A DNA stretch of 64,000 bases from Candidatus Latescibacterota bacterium. Lineage in GTDB: Bacteria > Latescibacterota > UBA2968 > GCA-2709665. The notes under the pieces were generated by a model that was given only the letters and a program-made list of their open reading frames with translations, was not told the origin of the DNA and searched no databases. The translations under genes and the position numbers were made by a program. Positions within the stretch are counted from its first letter, which is position 1. Each line of letters opens with the position of its first letter. Positions 1-9,910 of the stretch are shown one piece after another. The stretch spans positions 1,696,001 through 1,760,000 of the forward strand of contig CBDDDZ010000005.1 of the NCBI GenBank assembly GCA_965226795.1. Reading direction: 5' to 3'.

Positions 1-213
1 TACACACCTCACGGCGTCGAAGACCGGCGTATCGCCTTCCCGGTAAAGAAGGTGTCAAGCCTCACCTTCGGAGGAGACGACTACACCGACATCTATGTTA
101 CAACCGCGGGCGGAAACATCAAACACGAAGACGGCGAACATGCCGGCGCTCTCTTCCGGCTGAACCTGGGTATCCGGGGTGTCGAAGAATTCTATTCGCG
201 TGTCGCACTGTAG
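1..213 (+). CDS. SMP-30/gluconolactonase/LRE family protein, C-terminal part (truncated by window start)
   Basis: Frame 1 reads YTPHGVEDRRIAFPVKKVSSLTFGGDDYTDIYVTTA...AGALFRL...* (TAG 211-213); the SxxFGG..LYVTTA motif is typical of the family. Confidence 0.85.
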   Translation, partial: YTPHGVEDRRIAFPVKKVSSLTFGGDDYTDIYVTTAGGNIKHEDGEHAGALFRLNLGIRGVEEFYSRVAL

Positions 214-328
214 CTGTCATCACAACCACACACATAATTGCCTGTTAAGTCATAATTCGGTGAGGATAGATGGTCCGATGAACGTGGATCGAACGAGACC
301 GCCGTCTCCGGCAGGTTAGCGAAGTGAA

Positions 329-360
329 AAAGCCTGATATGCAACGACATACCAGGCTTT
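329..360. terminator. Probable bidirectional intrinsic terminator between convergent genes
   Basis: AAAGCCTG...CAGGCTTT stem with inner TATG/CATA pairing and A/T-rich flanks. Confidence 0.5.
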
Positions 361-419
361 GTTCATTCAAATGTGAAAGGATTGCAGGGACCGGCCATCC
401 GGCGTCGAGGCGGCCCTCC

Positions 420-1205
420 TCAGCCCTGCGCGAGGTCCCGATAGGCCCTGAAGAGATCAGAGTAATACGCCACAAACATCCACAAATCTCCCACCCCCCG
501 ATCGGGGCTTCGCTCCGCTTCCGCTGACATATACCCCCCGTATTCTTTCTCGCGAAGCAATCGGAACAACTCCCGATACGGATATCCCCGGCCGGCCAGA
601 TCGTGCATATGAACGTGGTCCAGCCAGGGCCAGACCGTGTTAAGTGCCACCTCAACGGACCCGTCAACCACATCCTCCGGCACCGAATTCCAGATCAGAC
701 CGAAATTCTCATGATCCACCGTCTCCGCCACCGCACGGCACGATTGCCAGTCGAACTCGCCATGCAGTTCCAGGCAGGGTTTGACACCCCTCGCGGTTCC
801 GTAGGCGCAGAGTTCCTTCAGCGCATCCGCCACCTGAGCGATGGTCTTGTCTCTCGGTACGTCTTTGGGAAAGTTATTTCCAAATACCCGCACTCGGGGC
901 GCCCCGAGGTCCGCCGCCAGCTCCATCCGTACTTTGGTCTGTTCAATCTGGTCTCGAAGGTCAGACGCATCCGTATCGTGATACCGGTTTCCCGTGGCGA
1001 TGCTGATGATTTCAATACCTGCCGTCTGGCAGTCGGCCACCACCTGCTTGCATTCGGCGTCATCTATTGACGCCTCCACGCCGTGTCCGTGGCCAAGATC
1101 GGTCCTAAACTCGACGCCTTCAAACCCGTGATCCTTCAACGTCCGCAGCAGGTCCTGGCGTGAAAGATCTTTCAAGACTCCATATGTCATCCATGAAGGT
1201 TTCAC
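420..1205 (-). CDS. Sugar phosphate isomerase/epimerase (xylose isomerase-like TIM barrel)
   Basis: GFEGVEFR, PRVRVFG, LELHG, HVHMHD, GYMSAE metal-binding pattern. Confidence 0.85.
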   Translation of the reverse strand: MKPSWMTYGVLKDLSRQDLLRTLKDHGFEGVEFRTDLGHGHGVEASIDDAECKQVVADCQTAGIEIISIATGNRYHDTDASDLRDQIEQTKVRMELAADLGAPRVRVFGNNFPKDVPRDKTIAQVADALKELCAYGTARGVKPCLELHGEFDWQSCRAVAETVDHENFGLIWNSVPEDVVDGSVEVALNTVWPWLDHVHMHDLAGRGYPYRELFRLLREKEYGGYMSAEAERSPDRGVGDLWMFVAYYSDLFRAYRDLAQG

Positions 1206-1223
1206 TATGGTTCTCCTCTCAAG

Positions 1224-1949
1224 TTAGTCCACGGCCTCCTTGCCGATCCTCGCAAAACCTTCCGCATAGCGGCATTTGCTCATTCCCGCCATATGCTGCG
1301 CCTCAATGGCACGGTATCGGTTCAAGACCGTATACACTTCAGGTAAAGGCGGCTGCGCCGCCAGCTTCTTAAGTGCCAGGATCTTCTGTTCGAACACCGA
1401 TGAAATATCCAAGTACAGATCCGGTACGAAACCCGAAACCGGCGACGTCCCCATCGTGGTTTCATAGCACACGATAGACGGTCGCGTACACGGTGCATTG
1501 TCGGTTTTGATTCCCCCTGAATTGCAGTACGAACATGCCCACAACACGGCCTGCGTGGTCTCCACGTGGTCCGGATGCATCACGTCGTTAATCCAGTGGC
1601 TCAGCACGAGATCCGGCCTGAATCGCCGAACAGCCGCAAGCAGTTGCAGGCGGCGGTCGGGGCCGACCACCAGCGGACTGTCTCCGAAATCGAAACAATC
1701 GATGCTTGCGCCCAAAATCCTGGCGGCGGCCTCGAATTCCTCCTTGCGCGTCGCCTTAACATCCTCCAGCGTCCGATCCGGGTTCTCCGCCCACAGTGCC
1801 GGCGATTCGCAGCGTTCTCCGTAGGTCAGGTTATGGACGTGTACCGTGCCGCCCGCCTTTACGAAACGAATGATCGCCCCCCCTGCGCGCGAACAGAAAT
1901 CCGCCGCGTGGGCACTGAACACCAGCACTCGCATTCCCTCCCGGATCAT
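1224..1949 (-). CDS. PIG-L family metallo-deacetylase/hydratase, GalB (4-oxalomesaconate hydratase)-like
   Basis: VFSAHAADFCSRAGGAI, LTYGERCES, HPDH and FVPDLYLDIS motifs; AGGAG RBS before ATG at 1949. Confidence 0.8.
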   Translation of the reverse strand: MIREGMRVLVFSAHAADFCSRAGGAIIRFVKAGGTVHVHNLTYGERCESPALWAENPDRTLEDVKATRKEEFEAAARILGASIDCFDFGDSPLVVGPDRRLQLLAAVRRFRPDLVLSHWINDVMHPDHVETTQAVLWACSYCNSGGIKTDNAPCTRPSIVCYETTMGTSPVSGFVPDLYLDISSVFEQKILALKKLAAQPPLPEVYTVLNRYRAIEAQHMAGMSKCRYAEGFARIGKEAVD

Positions 1950-2067
1950 TCCATTCTCCTTCGTGCGGTGCTTTCTTCTGCACCGGGTTACAAGGCCCAC
2001 AGCCTGCGGACGACTCCGTTTCGACGCCCGTTATCTGTCATAAATGCGTATTTAAGACGCGCCTCTG

Positions 2068-2820
2068 CTACGCATTACAACCATCTTCCGGCAGCGATCC
2101 GTCGTCTTCCGGTATGTACCCCAGCATCTCCCGTGCGTTGGACAGATCCCATTTCTTCTCGCTGCCGCCCGACACACCGTAAAAAATCCCGAACTTCACG
2201 TGTTCCGCCTCGATGGACCTCCATACCAATTGCGCCAGGTCCCTTGGGCTAAGCCATCGGGAATGGCCGGGCTCGTACCGCTGTTCAGGCGCCTCCTTAC
2301 CGTTGAAATTCGCCACACGCAGGCAGATCACACGGATTCCGTGCCGTTCCGAATAAAATCTGCCGAGGGCTTCGCCAAAGGCCTTTCCCGCACCGTAAAC
2401 GCCATCCGGCCGCACCGGGCTCTCCGGGGTTGAAACAAGCCCTTCCTTCTCATATAGACCCGTGACATGATTGGTACTTGCGAAAACAACCGTGGGCACG
2501 TTATTTATTCGCGCAGCCTCGAAAACATTGTACACGCCCGGATTATCGACTTCGAGGGTTGCTTTCGCCACGTCTTCCGGCGTCATTCCTTGCCATCGCC
2601 GGATGGCAAGGTGCACGATAGCGTCGATTCCGGCCGCGGCTTCGACCATTGCCGTATAGTTGGCCACACTGCCGACAACCACCTGGTCGCCCGGATGCAC
2701 ATCATCCGGCACCCTCGAGTGCAGCAGAAGCCGGAAACCGTATCGCGCTCTCAGCCGGGACCGAATACACGTACCGATCGCCCCGGCCGCACCGGTCACG
2801 AATATTTGCTTCTTCCGCAT
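2068..2820 (-). CDS. NAD-dependent epimerase/dehydratase, uronate dehydrogenase-like
   Basis: VTGAAGAIG Rossmann motif, FASTNHVTG, YGAGK, WLSPRD, WDLSNAREMLGY. Confidence 0.8.
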   Translation of the reverse strand: MRKKQIFVTGAAGAIGTCIRSRLRARYGFRLLLHSRVPDDVHPGDQVVVGSVANYTAMVEAAAGIDAIVHLAIRRWQGMTPEDVAKATLEVDNPGVYNVFEAARINNVPTVVFASTNHVTGLYEKEGLVSTPESPVRPDGVYGAGKAFGEALGRFYSERHGIRVICLRVANFNGKEAPEQRYEPGHSRWLSPRDLAQLVWRSIEAEHVKFGIFYGVSGGSEKKWDLSNAREMLGYIPEDDGSLPEDGCNA

Positions 2821-3103
2821 GGCGCGGACGGATCCTCCGGCATTAAATGAACGCGAAAAACAAAACCGAACTTTCGTGCGCCTGCGACGGCGGGAAACCG
2901 ACTGCCAGGACCGGACGGCCTCGACAATAAGGCCCTGCACCGCCATCGGATGGACCGGTCAAATCACGGATCCTGAAGATATCACCTACCCGCCGCAATC
3001 GCAATAACCATTAACCCGGCCCCGCGATGACCGTTGAATACGGTTTCGTTTTTGGATATTTTCAATCCGCCCGGAAACCCTCGTCCTTCGTTTAGGAGGC
3101 ACT

Positions 3104-3868
3104 TTGACGCCAATCGACATCCGATGGATTCTCGGCATAACCCGTAAAGCGGGAGAAATCGCCCTTTCCCATTTCGGCAAGACAAAAGGCACGCTCAAGG
3201 CCGATGATTCCTGGGTGACCCAGGCGGACCTGGAGGTTGAAGCCTATCTCAGGAAGGAACTCGGTTCCGCGCGTCCGAACGATGCAATACTCGGCGAAGA
3301 AGGTGTCGACCCACCCCCGACGTCACCTGTCGTATGGGCGATCGATCCGATCGACGGAACGCGGGCATTCAACCATGGCCTGCCCGTCTGGGGCGTCTCC
3401 ATCGGCGTGTTTAAAAACGGCGAGCCATCCATGGGCGCCTTCATTCTTCCGGTCCTGGGAGACATCTATTACACGGACGGCGCTTCGGCCTTCTGCAACG
3501 GCCGCCCGCTCCGGCCACAGTCACCCGCCCTGGACGCCAACGCTATCCTGCTGGTCAGCGAAGGCGCATTTAAACATCTCAGGATCGACTATCCGGGTAA
3601 AACCCTCAGCCTCGGATCCGCCGCAGCGCATCTCTGCTACGTTGCCAGGGGCTCCGCGGTGGGCGCATTCGACCATGCATCGGTATGGGACTACGCCGCT
3701 GGCGCAGCCATCCTGAAAGTGCTGGGTATTCGCCTGCGGTACATTTCCGGCAAGACGGTGGACTTCGAGGAATTGTTCCGGCTGAAGGAGGCGCCGGAAC
3801 CCACCCTCGCGGCGCCAGATATCCACTTCGGCGCCCTGCAATATGCATTCCGGTCCGCGGAAAGATAG
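3104..3868 (+). CDS. Inositol monophosphatase family protein
   Basis: VTQAD, ILGEE, WAIDPIDGT, WDYAAG motifs. Confidence 0.9.
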   Translation: MTPIDIRWILGITRKAGEIALSHFGKTKGTLKADDSWVTQADLEVEAYLRKELGSARPNDAILGEEGVDPPPTSPVVWAIDPIDGTRAFNHGLPVWGVSIGVFKNGEPSMGAFILPVLGDIYYTDGASAFCNGRPLRPQSPALDANAILLVSEGAFKHLRIDYPGKTLSLGSAAAHLCYVARGSAVGAFDHASVWDYAAGAAILKVLGIRLRYISGKTVDFEELFRLKEAPEPTLAAPDIHFGALQYAFRSAER

Positions 3869-3978
3869 CCGACTCTTGAAAGGGCGTATGGCGGAACGTC
3901 CGGTCGTTGCGTTGACCGGACGCAGCGAAGCGGTGCGTCGAGGCCGACGTCGGAATTCATCACCGGGCACATGGGAAC

Positions 3979-4737
3979 CTATTCCGACATTCCGTAGATT
4001 CTCGCGAGGTTCTCCCCAAAGATCAGCCGCTCCGCGTCCCGCCCCAACTCCAGCCGCTGGATGGCCCGCTTCACCTGGATGGGCCGATATTCCGGCAGGT
4101 TTGAACCGAAGACCACCCGCTCCGGGCCCAATTTCTCCACCGCCGTCCTGACTTCCACCGGTACGGCCTCTTCCGGGTTATCCGCCCACCGTTTGTGGAA
4201 ACGCAAAACGGTCGTGCCCATGTATACGTTCTTGTGACGCATGCATACCGCCATTGCCTCGTCGAAATGGTCCGGAAAGCCCATATGGTCAAGGATAACC
4301 GCCGCTTCGGGAATGCGCCCTGCGATCGCGTCGGCGCGATCCGCGCTGCAATTCTCCACGCCCGTATGAATCGAAACGACGATGCCCAACTCCTGTGCAG
4401 CGTCTACGAACGGAAAAACCATCGGATCGTCCACCTCGAACTTGTGGATCGCGCCCATCAGCTTCATACCCCTCGCCCCCTGTGCCACGTACTCATTCAA
4501 TCGGGCAACGCCCAACTCCCCCATATGCGGATCCATCATGACGCACGGCAACAGGTTCGGATGCCCGGCGGTCCGTTTCAGCAGCCCGTCGTTGTCCGGA
4601 TCCACCTTTGCGTCCGGCATGACCACCGCCATATCGATCCCCGCTTCCGCTTCGCACTCGAGCAACGCCGCTACCGTCATCGGATGTCCATACCAATCTT
4701 CTGCCAGGTAGGCCTCGAAATCAGCCGTTATTGCCAT
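3979..4737 (-). CDS. Amidohydrolase family 2 protein
   Basis: GARGMKL, SIHTG, ILDHMG, ERVVFGSNLP; the N-terminal DxHxH is degenerate (DFEAY). Confidence 0.8.
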   Translation of the reverse strand: MAITADFEAYLAEDWYGHPMTVAALLECEAEAGIDMAVVMPDAKVDPDNDGLLKRTAGHPNLLPCVMMDPHMGELGVARLNEYVAQGARGMKLMGAIHKFEVDDPMVFPFVDAAQELGIVVSIHTGVENCSADRADAIAGRIPEAAVILDHMGFPDHFDEAMAVCMRHKNVYMGTTVLRFHKRWADNPEEAVPVEVRTAVEKLGPERVVFGSNLPEYRPIQVKRAIQRLELGRDAERLIFGENLARIYGMSE

Positions 4738-4788
4738 GTGACAACCTCCTTATACAGTTTCGGACCCCCTCACGCAGGATGCCGGTGC

Positions 4789-5586
4789 TCAGCCCGACTG
4801 CAGCGCCCGCCACCTGTCGTATGCCGTGTGCATCTCATCCGGCAAGAATCCGCGCACATTTTCCGCAAGCATCCATTTCACTCGTTCGTCCGTACTCTGT
4901 GGCTCTTCACCTTCCACATGTTTGTGCCAACTCCCCGCAAGTGTCAATCTCTCGGGCTCCCTATTGTATATCCCGCGATGAACCGCATTTCCGCTCCAGA
5001 AAATCGTCTGCCCCGCCTTCAGGTCTATTACTTTCTGTGTCGAAATGTCAGCGTGCCGATTCTTCAAGAGGCATTCCCTCTCCTCCTCCGTCCGGTACCG
5101 TCTGTGGCTGCCCGGCACAAGCTGCAGGCAGGCGTCGTCAACCAGCGCCAGGTGCCACTTTAATGACACCATCGGCCGTTTGAGGATTTCCATTTCTACG
5201 TCATAGGACCCGTCCCGCTCATTGGCGCCGAAATCACGGTGCCACCCTCCGCTCCAATCCACCTCGTCGGGCGTTGTGAAAATGAGCACCCCGCCCAAAC
5301 GCAACTCGCTTCCCAGCAGCGGCTCTACGTATCGCATCACCGGTTGGGACATCAGGTATTCTGCAAATACAGGTTCGTTGAATTCCGGTGCAAACAACCC
5401 CCTGATCGCCCACGGCTCCCCACCGGGTGTCCGGTGTGTATACACGTCCACCTCTCTGGAACGCGTTTTGGCCTTCACACGCCGTGTGGCGCTGAGAAGC
5501 GGCTCCAACATATCCGGGTCAACCGCGCCATCCACGACAAAGCAACCCTGTGTTTCGTACTGTTCCGCGACGTCTTCCAGAACCAT
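4789..5586 (-). CDS. Phytanoyl-CoA dioxygenase (PhyH) family Fe(II)/2-oxoglutarate oxygenase
   Basis: WHRD, LQLVPGSH, AVHRG (HxD...H facial triad). Confidence 0.85.
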   Translation of the reverse strand: MVLEDVAEQYETQGCFVVDGAVDPDMLEPLLSATRRVKAKTRSREVDVYTHRTPGGEPWAIRGLFAPEFNEPVFAEYLMSQPVMRYVEPLLGSELRLGGVLIFTTPDEVDWSGGWHRDFGANERDGSYDVEMEILKRPMVSLKWHLALVDDACLQLVPGSHRRYRTEEERECLLKNRHADISTQKVIDLKAGQTIFWSGNAVHRGIYNREPERLTLAGSWHKHVEGEEPQSTDERVKWMLAENVRGFLPDEMHTAYDRWRALQSG

Positions 5587-5607
5587 GAGCCAAATCCTCC
5601 ATTTTTG

Positions 5608-5802
5608 GAAGCTGTCATAAAACCTCCGGCGGTCTTCGTGCGGCTACAAAAGCGCCTGCCTGCGCGGCGCACCGCGCTGCGGGCAGGCCGGTCTGCGTTG
5701 GTCAAATCCACCCGTATCTTTAGATAGGGGCGGGGTCGCCCGCCTGGACCGACACCTTTTCGCACGCGCTCGGGAACGCACCGGGAATTTTAAAACAGCT
5801 TC
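5608..5802. mobile_element. MITE-like structured repeat, copy 1 (imperfect terminal inverted repeats, no ORF)
   Basis: Left end GAAGCTGTCATAAAA; right end TTTTAAAACAGCTTC; shares several blocks with 57407-57582; internal hairpin at 5654-5688. Confidence 0.6.
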
Positions 5803-5809
5803 TTAATGT

Positions 5810-8800
5810 TCACCACTCCTTCTTCCAAAAAAGCCCCAGTGACTTCCGATCGCGTTCCCATTCGTTGCCCTCCCTCTGTTGCGCCTCCAGGGTAACCTGA
5901 GGTAACAGTTCGTATTCCACGACGACCTCCTTTCCCCGCGCCTCGGAGACATCCTGCGCATAGCTGACGAAAAACCGGGAGCCGAAATATTTCCCCGCCC
6001 GCACCCGGGTTGCGGAGCTGCCCATGCCCAGGTCGATCTCCACGACGTCCAGGTTCAACCGGCGGCCGATCGTTTGCTTCAACTGATTCGCTGCCAGGCC
6101 CAGCACAAGGACCGCGGCCTGACCTTCCAGGCGGTTGCCGTCGCCGCCTTCGCCACCCATCAACCCGGACATTTCGTCGGCCGGCCTTCCGATCAGCAGG
6201 TAAGATAAGATGTCATTTTCGGACAGTCGCTCCGCGGCATCGCTTTCCAACGAAATTTTCGGCTTCAGAAGCGTTCCACCCACTACGATGCTGATTACCG
6301 CGTTTTCGTTGGTAACGAGCCTGACCCTACGCGTTGCTATAATGTAGAGATCCGGATTGATATCCGTACTCCCGCGGAAGTTGATTTCTCCGCGATGGAT
6401 CGCGAAGCTTGTATTCTGAAACTCGTACCGCCCCTGCCTGCTATCGAGAGATCCGTAAACCCTGAGTCCCTCCTGGTCCTTCACCAGATCCACGTCCCCT
6501 GAAATCTCGACATTCAAATCCCTGTCGCGGATCCACACATTTCTAGAAGCCGATACCCGGATGTCGCCGCTCAGATTCCGAAAGAACGGAGACGTCATCC
6601 AGCCGACGTCGGTCGGATATTCGATGAAATTAGACAGCCGTAGCACCGCTCGGGTCAACCCCGCCTTACCTTCTATTCGCCCCCCTTCCGCATTCCCATT
6701 CAGCTTCAATTCTGCATTAAGTGTCGCTTTGAGTTCGGGCAGGTTGATTACCTTGAATTCCTCGGCCTGGAACGCGATATCGTAACCCTCCATCGCGTTT
6801 TCGCCCAGTTTTGCTCTAGCGCTGAGCGCGAGCCTTCCCTTTCCTTCTCGGGCCTCGAGCCGTCCCAGGACGTTTCCATTGCCTTCAAAGCTGAGTTCCA
6901 CCTCTACATTCTTGAAGGTCTTGTTCAAGGGCGCAATCCGCGCGGTCCCGTCACGAAGACGAACCCATCCGTTCTGCCGAAGCGCTCGGGGAGTGCCCGT
7001 GACGTTCAGTTTCATCGCCAGAACACCTTCTGCGTTCCGCACCTCCGGGATCACGTGCGGCAGAAAGTCCAGGTCTACGCCGTCCGATTCCAGCGATATG
7101 TTTACGGGACCCTGGGGAAACAGGTCCTCCCATCCGTCAGACGATAGATTCAGCGGAAACTGCCCTTTCGTCGCGGCCTCCCGGCCGGGGGACTGCACCA
7201 GTCTCAGATCTACGGTTGCGCGTTTGTTCCGATACGCCAGAGTTCCTGAAACTTCCTTCAAGCTGACACCTGCAACGGCACCTTTCCGAAACACCAACTC
7301 TGTTTTCACCCGGGGATCGTCCAGCGTGCCGGACAGGGCAATTTTCCCTGTAAACATCCCGCTCAGCTCGCCTGCCATTCCCGGAAGACCCGACCATATC
7401 TTCAGATCCACGTCGTTGAGACTCACGACCACGCCGTCAGCCTGTCTGCTGTGTCCCTGCGCCTGAATCGCGCCGCCGTCCCCGACCAGCCGGAAACGCT
7501 CCACAAATACACCATCGTTGGGGTGATACGTCACTCGAGAAGCGCCATCGTTGGATAAAGACACACCGCCCACCCCCACCGTGAGGGAGTCAAGTTCGAG
7601 GTTGTATCCGGGGTCGGCCCACCCGACCCGGCCCTCGAGATGGAGGTGATCGATTTCGTCGGGACGGCTGCCCAGTATAAATGATATCCCATCTTGATTC
7701 AGCCCCAAGTCCACAGACAGGTCGTGAACCGTACGTCCACCCCATACAAGAGAATCTGCGCGGACCTCTACATCCCCCCGTGGCAGATGCAGCCCCGTCA
7801 TTCCGAGCTTGACCCCGTGGATCGGGACACCACTGTAATTCACGCTGTCAGCCAGCAGATCCACCGCGGCAAAGGGTTTCGTCCACGTACCACGGATGCG
7901 TGCCACAAATGAAGCCGGCGTTCCGGACAGCCCCGGGCCGACGATACCGTCAAACGCTCTGAAATCGATGACCTGCCCGTTCGCGCGGATGTCCAGGCTG
8001 TCACCCGGCGTGACCCAACCGCGGCCTTCGATGCGCGCGCGCGTACCGGCCAGGAACAGCCGATCCACGATCGTCCGGCGACCCTGCTGGACCACACTAA
8101 CCCTTGCGCTATCCAGTTTTCCTCCGAGAAACCGCGACGCTTCCACCATCACGTCCGCACTTGCCTTTACCGAATCGGGATGAAAACCCTCTCCGTTAAG
8201 TCCAATCTGCAGTGACACGTCTTCCAAGAGGTCCTGGCGGCCCAGGAGCCGATCCAGCGCCAAGCCGTCCACCCGCACACCCGCCCGGTAGGTGGGTTGT
8301 CTTCCATCGGGGTTCCAGAATTGCCCCAGATCGATCCGGCCATGTCCCCTGACCACGCCGTATCCGTCCGACAGTCTCACCCCTATACTGTCGAGGTTAA
8401 CAATACCCTTCCGGAACGATCCGTGGAGCGCGAGTCCAGTTGCCGGAGGCAGCCCCTTGATATTTACGATGTCGAACCCCGCTTCGCCTTGCCAGATCCC
8501 ATCACCCGACCGTCTCAGCGAAATTTCCCCCGTGAGGTCGACAACCCCTGGTAAATTCCGTGACACCCTGGTAAGGTCCAGGTGTTCCAGGCGCGTTCTC
8601 AATTCATAGTACGGCTCCGCTCCCCTCCTGTCTACTTCCAGCCTAGCAGTCAGCGCACCCGCGTCACCCTCCGCCCTCACGTCCATCATGAGCTTGCCGT
8701 TGCTAAATGACCCGGCGAAGTCCGCCGTATCGACGACTGTGCCGGAGAAAAGCGCGCGGGCGATGCCCCCACTAATAGTCACGTCGGCTGTCAGGGGATC

Positions 8801-9823
8801 CAGGCCCCGGCCCCTCAGCTGAACGTCCGCGTCGAACCGGGCGTCCAGCCCCCACCGGGGGCCGATTTTCGCCAGGTCGAACCCTGTCCCTATTGCCTTT
8901 ATGTCGTAAACGACGCCTTCGTGCGTAAATTCAACCAGACCGGAAAGAGCGCAGGTTGTCAGCCCGTAGTTGAATCTCAGGTCGAGGTTCATGCCGGAAG
9001 GATCGCCCCACACCCTGCCGCCTGCGGCCAGACTTCCATGTGGATAGGTCCCGGGCAGAACTCGACCTACTTCGTTAAACGCGAGAGAATCCGCACGCAG
9101 CACAAAATCGTAATCAGGTCTTGACAGCCCGGTCATCGTTCCGTCGATCCGGACGTGGGAACCCGGCGTCTGCAGCCGAAGCCCCTCAAGTGTCAGCCGC
9201 CCATCGGCAAGCAGGGTCAGCCCGGTCAGATCCCTGACGACCAGAGGAGGATCGAAGAGAAGGGACCGGAAACGGCGTAACGCAATTTCATATCCTGTCG
9301 GACCGGCCTGAAACCCCAGAACCGCATCCAGGCTGTCGACCCGGCCGGCTGGACCCAGGCGGCACCGGCCATCCACAATCTCCACGTGGCGGATGCGTAT
9401 TTCCCATTCCGGGCCCTCTTTCCACCACGCAGGGTCGGAAGCGGGCAACAGGCTAACGGCGGAGTCCGCGGCGACCGACCCGTTGGGGGCCAGAACCCTC
9501 GGGGCGACCAGGACGAGTCTATCCACAATCACAGTGCCCCTGAGCAACGCAGTCAGCCGATACCGGGCTTCCACCGCGTCCACGACCAGCAGCGGTTCCG
9601 GCTCCGCGCCAAGGCGCACGCGTTCCATCCGGAAACCCGTTAAGGGGTTACCACGCACGACGCCGATATCCACTACCATGCCAAGGTCCCGGGTGAGCCG
9701 CCGCTGCGCGTAGTCCTTCAGGTAGGGGTTCATCCGTCCCGACCCAATCGCCAGCAGAACGATCCCGGCTGCCACGACCACCACGGCCGCGAATAGAGCG
9801 GATATTTTAACAATACGTCTCAT
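5810..9823 (-). CDS. tamB: Translocation/assembly module TamB (AsmA-like, DUF490 C-terminus)
   Basis: About 1340 aa, beta-rich, N-terminal TM anchor; C-terminal NPDLYI, DILSYLLIG, GKYFGSRFFVSY, VEYEL motifs; next to a TamA-like gene. Confidence 0.85.
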   Translation of the reverse strand: MRRIVKISALFAAVVVVAAGIVLLAIGSGRMNPYLKDYAQRRLTRDLGMVVDIGVVRGNPLTGFRMERVRLGAEPEPLLVVDAVEARYRLTALLRGTVIVDRLVLVAPRVLAPNGSVAADSAVSLLPASDPAWWKEGPEWEIRIRHVEIVDGRCRLGPAGRVDSLDAVLGFQAGPTGYEIALRRFRSLLFDPPLVVRDLTGLTLLADGRLTLEGLRLQTPGSHVRIDGTMTGLSRPDYDFVLRADSLAFNEVGRVLPGTYPHGSLAAGGRVWGDPSGMNLDLRFNYGLTTCALSGLVEFTHEGVVYDIKAIGTGFDLAKIGPRWGLDARFDADVQLRGRGLDPLTADVTISGGIARALFSGTVVDTADFAGSFSNGKLMMDVRAEGDAGALTARLEVDRRGAEPYYELRTRLEHLDLTRVSRNLPGVVDLTGEISLRRSGDGIWQGEAGFDIVNIKGLPPATGLALHGSFRKGIVNLDSIGVRLSDGYGVVRGHGRIDLGQFWNPDGRQPTYRAGVRVDGLALDRLLGRQDLLEDVSLQIGLNGEGFHPDSVKASADVMVEASRFLGGKLDSARVSVVQQGRRTIVDRLFLAGTRARIEGRGWVTPGDSLDIRANGQVIDFRAFDGIVGPGLSGTPASFVARIRGTWTKPFAAVDLLADSVNYSGVPIHGVKLGMTGLHLPRGDVEVRADSLVWGGRTVHDLSVDLGLNQDGISFILGSRPDEIDHLHLEGRVGWADPGYNLELDSLTVGVGGVSLSNDGASRVTYHPNDGVFVERFRLVGDGGAIQAQGHSRQADGVVVSLNDVDLKIWSGLPGMAGELSGMFTGKIALSGTLDDPRVKTELVFRKGAVAGVSLKEVSGTLAYRNKRATVDLRLVQSPGREAATKGQFPLNLSSDGWEDLFPQGPVNISLESDGVDLDFLPHVIPEVRNAEGVLAMKLNVTGTPRALRQNGWVRLRDGTARIAPLNKTFKNVEVELSFEGNGNVLGRLEAREGKGRLALSARAKLGENAMEGYDIAFQAEEFKVINLPELKATLNAELKLNGNAEGGRIEGKAGLTRAVLRLSNFIEYPTDVGWMTSPFFRNLSGDIRVSASRNVWIRDRDLNVEISGDVDLVKDQEGLRVYGSLDSRQGRYEFQNTSFAIHRGEINFRGSTDINPDLYIIATRRVRLVTNENAVISIVVGGTLLKPKISLESDAAERLSENDILSYLLIGRPADEMSGLMGGEGGDGNRLEGQAAVLVLGLAANQLKQTIGRRLNLDVVEIDLGMGSSATRVRAGKYFGSRFFVSYAQDVSEARGKEVVVEYELLPQVTLEAQQREGNEWERDRKSLGLFWKKEW

Positions 9824-9910
9824 CGTCCTCGAATTCGACTTGATTGACCGGCGCATTTTCCCATTGGTTGACATGTATGTGTCGTTTCAGCCGCGCACTT
9901 ATACGACAAG

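Noticed and set aside
4195..5163. Long antisense or alternate-frame ORFs (this one, 17346-18242, 31336-32307, 60813-61898 and others)
   Set aside because: They shadow well-supported genes in GC-rich DNA, have Arg/Pro-rich composition and show no motifs
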